Assembly (NCBI GenBank): GCA_024274875.1
Contig: JAJSAH010000012.1
Coordinates: 1 to 58,878 of the forward strand
Direction: 5' to 3'
DNA: 58,878 nucleotides
From: an archaeon
Lineage (GTDB): Archaea > Micrarchaeota > Micrarchaeia > CAILAH01
This document shows, piece after piece, positions 53,184 to 58,878 of the stretch. The first letter of the stretch is position 1, and the number at the start of each line of letters is the position of its first letter. The translations under genes were made by a program, and so were the position numbers. The notes beneath the pieces are model-generated. The model was not told the origin of the DNA. It did not search any database and worked only from the letters and a program-made list of their open reading frames with translations.

Positions 53184-54318
53184 TTGCGTTTATCTTCGAT
53201 TGAACGCGGGCTTTGCTTTCTGGGGAAACTGCTGCAAGCAGGACCCTCTTGCTCTCTGATGCGCGGTTTATTGAACTCACTAAATCAGATATGCCTGACA
53301 AATCTGCATTCCCTCTCCTGCCTGATACACGCACATCAATCGGCTTATAACTGCTGTGCGTGCAGTGCACAACAACTTCTGAACGGCTAAGACCGCATTC
53401 ATCGCAAATCCTGTTCTCAAGCGAAGCGGCGAAATTATCATCTAATTTTTCAGATAATTCAAGCGGAAGTTCATACTTCCTTAAAAACAAAATCGGCTTG
53501 TGCAATTTCCGTTTCATTATCATATCTATCAGCGGAGCGCTGGATTTGCAATCCCTAAGCGCCTGCACGCATTCACAATCGTTCATGTTAATGAGTTCAT
53601 CAACTGAAAATGCGCCATCATCATACGCAAACTCCAGTGCTTTCCTGAGCATAGCTGATGCAATAATAACTGTTTTATGCTGATATAGTATGGCAAACAT
53701 CATAAACCTTGACAGCACTAATGATTCAGCTGCCTCAATGCCTTTCTCATCCAGCAATAACCTGCCATCATCAGTATCTATGGTGCGCAGTATCCGCTCA
53801 TAATCTATTCTGCCGTGCATCGCTCCTGTGTAATAAGAATCCCTCATTAAATAATCTATCCTGTCTATACCTAGCGAACCGGCGATCAACGCTCCCTTGC
53901 CACTGCCCATCGCGTACTCGCGCACGCGTTCAACTGACAATCCATTATCATTTATGCAATCTGAAATCTCGCTATCAGTGATCAATTTCCCGGATATGTC
54001 CTCGTGCGACAGCCCTTTCTTTGAAAAAATTAACTCGCTCTCATGCGAGAAAGGGCCGTGGCCGATATCATGCAATAGCGCTGCAAGAACAAGCTCTTCA
54101 TCGCATTCTTTATTCCTAAACTGAAAAAATTTCCTTGCGAGATGCATGCAACCAAGCGAGTGCTCAAAACGTGTATGGTTCGCGCCAGGATAAATTAAGT
54201 ATGCGGCGGCCAACTGGCGTATATATCTAAGCCTTTGAAAAACTGGAGTGTCAATCACTTGCTTCGAAACATCGCTCAAAGGAATGTATTCATAAAGCGC
54301 ATCACGCACAAACTTCAT
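53149..54318 (-). CDS. HD-domain phosphohydrolase (COG1078, SAMHD1-like dNTPase family)
   Basis: RFEHSLGCMHLA and LLHDIGHGPFSH. Start set at the ATG at 54316-54318, one nt after the upstream stop. Confidence 0.8.
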   Translation of the reverse strand: MKFVRDALYEYIPLSDVSKQVIDTPVFQRLRYIRQLAAAYLIYPGANHTRFEHSLGCMHLARKFFQFRNKECDEELVLAALLHDIGHGPFSHESELIFSKKGLSHEDISGKLITDSEISDCINDNGLSVERVREYAMGSGKGALIAGSLGIDRIDYLMRDSYYTGAMHGRIDYERILRTIDTDDGRLLLDEKGIEAAESLVLSRFMMFAILYQHKTVIIASAMLRKALEFAYDDGAFSVDELINMNDCECVQALRDCKSSAPLIDMIMKRKLHKPILFLRKYELPLELSEKLDDNFAASLENRICDECGLSRSEVVVHCTHSSYKPIDVRVSGRRGNADLSGISDLVSSINRASESKRVLLAAVSPESKARVQSKINAIIESLCPQQSR

Positions 54319-54319
54319 C

Positions 54320-55180
54320 CTAAACCAACTCATAAACATTCTTCTTTCTCTCAGTAATGTCACCCTTCTCAAGCATTATCGCAAGCATTCCCTTGCACGC
54401 ATGCTCATCTATTTTAAGAGCGCTTGAAAGTTCGGAGAGTGTTGCGCGGTTGCTATTCTCAAAATAATTGCTTATATTATTGTAAAGTTTGCTGTAATAT
54501 TGCTTGGTGAATATGTAATAATTTGAATCAAACCCTTTTATACCAACAACATCTCCTCTCTTAACCTTGTCGTGCAGCATCTGCGAAACCTGCTTTGCAA
54601 CATCATCTCCTGAAATTAGGATGAATCCCTTCGCGTTCAACTGCTTGACCGCATCCTCCGGCTTCTCGCCCCGTTTGCCTGCTGAACGGCGGGAAGCGTC
54701 TTGCGAAATGCGCGAATCATCATTTTTTGGCCTGAATGGGTTTATAAGGTTGTAAATATCTTTTGAAACTACATACACGCCGCGGCCCTTATACTTGCCC
54801 TTTTTGTACACGCTGAGCACTCCTCTATTAACAAGAGATTTCAACACATTCTTCTCAGCATCAGTTAGCCGATTGAGAATGTTGGAGGGAGTGCGGTCCT
54901 CAAACCTATGCGAAAGTATTTTATTAAGCAGGGACTCTTCCGCACTAGATAACAATTCATTTTTTGATGGTGCAGTATGCGTTTTTGCACGCTCTTGCAA
55001 ACCATGTTTAACAGCTTCTTTAAGATGAGCCTTAAAACTGGATTTTTTTATAACGCCTAATAAACCGTTCTCAAGCACCACCACATACACATCTTCGCCT
55101 GCGTTAAAATTTGCGTTGCGCAAAACACGTTTATTAACGAGTATTGCGTAATGCTCGCCATCATAATCAACAATCTTCAT
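54320..55180 (-). CDS. Hypothetical protein with two or more predicted winged-helix modules, 286 aa
   Basis: LTDAEKNVLKSLVNRGVLSVYKKGKY and ATLSELSSALKIDEHACKGMLAIMLEKGDITERK look wH-like. A basic linker sits between them. No family recognised. Confidence 0.45.
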   Translation of the reverse strand: MKIVDYDGEHYAILVNKRVLRNANFNAGEDVYVVVLENGLLGVIKKSSFKAHLKEAVKHGLQERAKTHTAPSKNELLSSAEESLLNKILSHRFEDRTPSNILNRLTDAEKNVLKSLVNRGVLSVYKKGKYKGRGVYVVSKDIYNLINPFRPKNDDSRISQDASRRSAGKRGEKPEDAVKQLNAKGFILISGDDVAKQVSQMLHDKVKRGDVVGIKGFDSNYYIFTKQYYSKLYNNISNYFENSNRATLSELSSALKIDEHACKGMLAIMLEKGDITERKKNVYELV

Positions 55181-55195
55181 AATATTACCTGCGAG

Positions 55196-55798
55196 TTATG
55201 ACAACTGAATTGCAGTTGCGCCCTCCGCCTCCTGCAAAAATACGCGGGCAGAGAACATGTAATACTTTATGCCTGCTTCTGAGGATGATATGCCGCACTT
55301 AACCTTAGCGCGCTCAACCGCCTTATCAAAATCCAGTTTTAAATCATATATCTCTCTGGGCAAGAGCACGCCCGCTTGCAATTTTCCCTCAACATAAAAC
55401 CCATGAGTTCCAATAACGAAACTGTTGCGCGCGCCGTTGAGATTGCCGGTTATATCCTCAATCTCCCTTATAAGAGTAAGCTCAATTGCAGTTGAATCCA
55501 CTTCGTTAGCAAGAATTTTCCTGTATCTCGGGTCGTCTTTAACAGCGCTTATCGCGCAATCAATCGCGGCCCTGCTTAAAGGAAGGTCGGTCTCAAGCAG
55601 GCCCATGCTGCCGCGAACTTCGCCTTTGCGATCCTTGAATGTGATGAACACACCGCAACTTTCTGAGAGTTTTTTTGATTTAATTGGATAAATTATGCTT
55701 CGGGATGAGAAATACTGCCTAAGAGCAACCCTTACCCCATTAAACAACTCCTGAGAATCGCTAAGGGTTATCAAATCAACAAACCTATTAACCACCAT
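55196..55798 (-). CDS. AMMECR1-domain protein
   Basis: CGVFITF...EVRGSMG corresponds to the family GVFVT...LRGCIG motif, with Ser replacing the conserved Cys (55601-55615). Also KDDPRY. Confidence 0.7.
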   Translation of the reverse strand: MVVNRFVDLITLSDSQELFNGVRVALRQYFSSRSIIYPIKSKKLSESCGVFITFKDRKGEVRGSMGLLETDLPLSRAAIDCAISAVKDDPRYRKILANEVDSTAIELTLIREIEDITGNLNGARNSFVIGTHGFYVEGKLQAGVLLPREIYDLKLDFDKAVERAKVKCGISSSEAGIKYYMFSARVFLQEAEGATAIQLS

Positions 55799-55823
55799 GG
55801 ATAATTAAGCGCATAAAAATTAA

Positions 55824-55982
55824 TTAGCTTATAAGCATGCGCAGTATCGTAACCCCAATAATAACTGCAACAGCAATCGCAAGTATGTACTGAGGTTCAA
55901 TCTGCAAATTGCTCGTCTTCACATCCATAAAGCGCACTACGCCTGCGCTCGATGCGGGAGTTGATACTTTATACTTGCCCAT
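55824..55982 (-). CDS. secG: Preprotein translocase subunit Sec61beta (SecG), 52 aa
   Basis: MGKYKVSTPASSAGVVRFMDV...IEPQYILAIAVAVIIGVTILRMLIS. A tail-anchored pattern. Start set at the ATG at 55980-55982. Confidence 0.75.
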   Translation of the reverse strand: MGKYKVSTPASSAGVVRFMDVKTSNLQIEPQYILAIAVAVIIGVTILRMLIS

Positions 55983-56032
55983 GCAATAACACCTAAACAT
56001 ATGTGTTAAAGACCAAAATAATAAAAATAAAA

Positions 56033-58012
56033 TCATTCATCATCCTTTATCTGCTTCTGCCTGCGCATCTTCTCTTCAAGTTCTCTCCTAATCATCTCCT
56101 TCTCTGATAAATCATGCTCAGCGTCTCCGTTTCCAGAAACAGCAGCATCATCACCGGCTGGCTTCTGCGCAAGCTGTTCAACAACAGCAACTTCCTCATC
56201 GCTCGGCTCATCAGGCGCGCTTCGCTTGACTGCTTCGCGGCCAACAAAGAAAGTGTAGACAACGAAGAATACCGCAGCAGCGAACAATACCGCAGCTATT
56301 ATGAGCCATAGAGGCAATGTGGTCCTTAACGCATCAGCAATTGACATCTCACCAGCAAACGCTGCAAATATCGTATCAAGAATGCTGCGACCACCATCAT
56401 CATCGCTTGGTGATGTTTCTGAACCGCTTGCAGATGAAGATTGATTCTCATTATTACCTTCCGCAGAATTTCCATTCACTTGGCTTAAATCAGCTGATGG
56501 GACAGCATTAACATAAATGGAGCGCTCGCCAAGCACAACATATTTAGATGAACCTAAAATGTACTCGCCCTCAAAACCCGGCACGAAGGAGGCCTCTCCT
56601 TCATCGTTTGTTACGAGTGAAATTGTCTTGCCGTCAGGCCTTTCAACAGTTATGACCATGCCCTGCATGGGATCGCTGTTTGCATCAAGCGCTATAACAG
56701 TTACCTTATCACCTACATATGCGGAAGGAGGAAACACAAACTTGACTGCCAGTTCGACATTATCATCTTCGGAAGCATCTGTATGTCCGCCTCCTGAACT
56801 CTGCGCAGCATCATCACTCGCCTGCTCATCAGAGGTTGATGAACTGGATGAGGAGGAACTGCCACCCGATGATGAAGATGATTGATACCCACCTGAACTG
56901 CTGCTTGATGATGAGGAGGAACGCGCGCTTACTGTAATCGCAATGTTGTCCGTCAAAGAGTTGTCTGGATTGTAAGTGGAAGTGATTGTTGCGGTGCATG
57001 CGCTTGATGAGCGAAACACTGGACCCTGAACTGAACCGCAGGTTGTTGAGTATGCGACATCAGAAGTGGCTTCCAAGTTTCCGTATATATCAACTAAATA
57101 TGATGTTAAAGAGGCTGATTCATCAGTGTAAATTGATGTTGAGCTCGATTGAAGATCGAACGATTCAACTCTGCCCAATGCAACGGATAATGCTGCTGAA
57201 CCCGATTCGCCGCCGTATGTTGCAGTGATGTCATGCGAACCGTAAACTGTGGCTATGAGTTTTGGAAGTATGAGCGTGCCTGAACCGCCCGCATCCCACT
57301 GCGAAACTGCTGTTACATCCTCTTCATGCGCATCATTGTAAGTCGCAATGCTCTTTACGCTTATCTCATCACCAGCAGTTATAGATGAACTGCTTAATTC
57401 AACGCGCACATCAACCACTACAGGAGTCAAATCTATGGGAGATGGTTGCAGTGAGGATGTGAGCACTTGCGAATCACCTGGCAATAAGGTTATTGAGAAC
57501 ATATCCGAACTGTGGAAAGGCGCAGAAAATATGGCATCATAAGTGCCTGCAGAAAGCGTAATATCTCCTGAGGAACCTCTAAACTCTGCAACAACAACAT
57601 TTCCGTTCTGAATCACTTTTACAACGCCATCTGAAATCGGATTGTTGGAATTGTCATAAACATTAACATGCAGGGATGCTTTCGGCACTAAAGGCAGATT
57701 GCTGAAGTCTGTTTGATCATCCGCGTTAACCTGCGCAGTAAAGTATCCGTTGTCATACCCCTGCTTAAATGTTCTTAAAGTATATACGCCGTCCAGCCCT
57801 GTGATGAGAATCGTGCCATCGTTCAATGATTGAACCTGCGAAACCAATATGTTGTCTGCATCATAAACATTCACGTTCACATCCGCAATAGGAGATGCGC
57901 TGTTCAAATCGATGAATTTTGCAGTGATGTTGCCTGCGTTCGCCAACGCGACCTGCGCAATAAGAATGAAAAATATTGATATTAGCTGTCTGTTCATCAT
58001 ATCACCTTTCAT
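56033..58012 (-). CDS. Large secreted surface protein: signal peptide, carboxypeptidase-regulatory-like and Ig-like domains, poly-Ser linker, C-terminal TM anchor and acidic tail
   Basis: MNRQLISIFFILIAQVALANA. VNVNVYDADN and HVNVYDNSNNPISDG are CarboxypepD_reg-like. Ser run at 56834-56923. TM LWLIIAAVLFAAAVFFVVYTFFV. Confidence 0.65.
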   Translation of the reverse strand: MKGDMMNRQLISIFFILIAQVALANAGNITAKFIDLNSASPIADVNVNVYDADNILVSQVQSLNDGTILITGLDGVYTLRTFKQGYDNGYFTAQVNADDQTDFSNLPLVPKASLHVNVYDNSNNPISDGVVKVIQNGNVVVAEFRGSSGDITLSAGTYDAIFSAPFHSSDMFSITLLPGDSQVLTSSLQPSPIDLTPVVVDVRVELSSSSITAGDEISVKSIATYNDAHEEDVTAVSQWDAGGSGTLILPKLIATVYGSHDITATYGGESGSAALSVALGRVESFDLQSSSTSIYTDESASLTSYLVDIYGNLEATSDVAYSTTCGSVQGPVFRSSSACTATITSTYNPDNSLTDNIAITVSARSSSSSSSSSGGYQSSSSSGGSSSSSSSSTSDEQASDDAAQSSGGGHTDASEDDNVELAVKFVFPPSAYVGDKVTVIALDANSDPMQGMVITVERPDGKTISLVTNDEGEASFVPGFEGEYILGSSKYVVLGERSIYVNAVPSADLSQVNGNSAEGNNENQSSSASGSETSPSDDDGGRSILDTIFAAFAGEMSIADALRTTLPLWLIIAAVLFAAAVFFVVYTFFVGREAVKRSAPDEPSDEEVAVVEQLAQKPAGDDAAVSGNGDAEHDLSEKEMIRRELEEKMRRQKQIKDDE

Positions 58013-58878
58013 TTATACAACACCACATTCTCTTCGAGATCGCTTGATGGCGCTAAATATACTGTATACCATGAAGTTATATAATCAGGATGCGTTATCT
58101 CAACTATATACACTCCTGAAGCAAGCTCAAATTCATAGCTTCCATCAACACGCGACAGCACAGAACTTACAAGCACGCCGTTCCTGTATGCAGTTAATGT
58201 GGCGTCCTGAACAGGATCGCCTGATTCGTTCGCAACAACGCCGTGCAATCGAGACATTTTAGTTAATATATAATCCCTAACAGTAGTTGCGCCTGAATTA
58301 ATAGAAACCCCTGATTCGCGCGCCGTTAAATACCCGGGATAACTCACTACAACATCGTATGTATCAGCAGGCAGGTCGATTGAATAACCGCCCGAAGAGT
58401 TTGTGGTTGAAGTAAACAGCAGATTGTTGTTCTTATACACTTCAACAACTGCGCCCTGCAAAACATCGCCTGAACTGTTAGTTACTGTGCCTGTCAAAGC
58501 ACCTAATTGAGATGGAAGCACCACAGTAACTGTTGTTGAATTGGATATTGAGCCGGCAGTTGCAGTTATATCAAATGCTCCAGCAACACCTGAACTGAAA
58601 TGGATCTCAGCAACCCCGTTTGCATCAGTTGTTGCGGAAGAAGCGGTTAAACTGCCTCCCGATGAACTAAACTGAACTACAATGCCCTCTATTGGCGAGC
58701 CGTTGTCATCAAGCGCGATAACTCTAACCAAACTTGAATCAGCAGTGGAGATGATTGAAGGTATTGCGCGCATATCAAGAGCAGCAAGAGTTTGGCCTGA
58801 ACTAACCACATCAAAAGTTCGCTGCACCGACCGCGATTGAAGCTCGCTGTATGCAGTTGCAGTTACAGTGATTAAACC
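58009..58878 (-). CDS. Partial surface protein (N-terminus lies beyond the window) with Big_1/Ig-like and two carboxypeptidase-regulatory-like domains
   Basis: The frame stays open from 58827 to the window end (GLITVTATAYSELQSRS...). Also ALDDNGSPIEGIVVQFSSSGG, GTVTNSSGDVLQGAVVEVY and GVVANESGDPVQDATLTAY. Confidence 0.65.
   Translation of the reverse strand, partial: GLITVTATAYSELQSRSVQRTFDVVSSGQTLAALDMRAIPSIISTADSSLVRVIALDDNGSPIEGIVVQFSSSGGSLTASSATTDANGVAEIHFSSGVAGAFDITATAGSISNSTTVTVVLPSQLGALTGTVTNSSGDVLQGAVVEVYKNNNLLFTSTTNSSGGYSIDLPADTYDVVVSYPGYLTARESGVSINSGATTVRDYILTKMSRLHGVVANESGDPVQDATLTAYRNGVLVSSVLSRVDGSYEFELASGVYIVEITHPDYITSWYTVYLAPSSDLEENVVLYK

Overview
This is a gene-dense archaeal chromosome segment. 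Markers include archaeal-type GluRS, ProRS, AspRS and AsnRS, thermosome, RtcB plus archease, FEN1, MBF1 and Sec61beta. The L7Ae-S28e-L24e-NDK and L1-P0-P1 clusters are present, as are three tRNAs, two of them with introns. Intergenic gaps are tiny (largest about 110-150 nt), ATGA start/stop overlaps are frequent, and GGAGGTGA-type Shine-Dalgarno sites are strong. This suggests a small-genome, possibly DPANN-like archaeon, but the lineage is only a guess. TGA is an ordinary stop here. I saw no rRNA, CRISPR, transposase or integrase. The clearly accessory part is about 23.6-34.7 kb, an Epd/Tad-like archaeal type IV pilus locus in two divergent operons. It holds six pilin-like genes, including a 679-aa repeat-bearing adhesin-pilin. 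It also holds a KaiC-like ATPase, a P-loop-less KaiC-like paralog and three uncharacterised polytopic membrane proteins. A FlaI/PilB-type ATPase and a split TadB/TadC-like platform complete it. The KaiC pair plus the three membrane proteins is my best candidate for an undescribed module. Other points: (1) a well-formed candidate box C/D sRNA lies in the 120-nt fen/thpR gap, and its D' guide mimics a Shine-Dalgarno sequence; (2) an in-frame TGA followed directly by ATG splits a COG2403 gene; (3) a perfect 84-bp tandem repeat is cut by the left window edge; (4) AspRS, an AsnC-type regulator, an AsnRS-paralog asparagine synthetase and AsnRS are clustered; (5) archease is appended to the ribosomal stalk operon; (6) a MacB-type ABC system has two paralogous permeases and a surface protein; (7) large surface proteins run off the right edge. 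All calls come from reading the sequence and ORF translations. No database search or computation was run.
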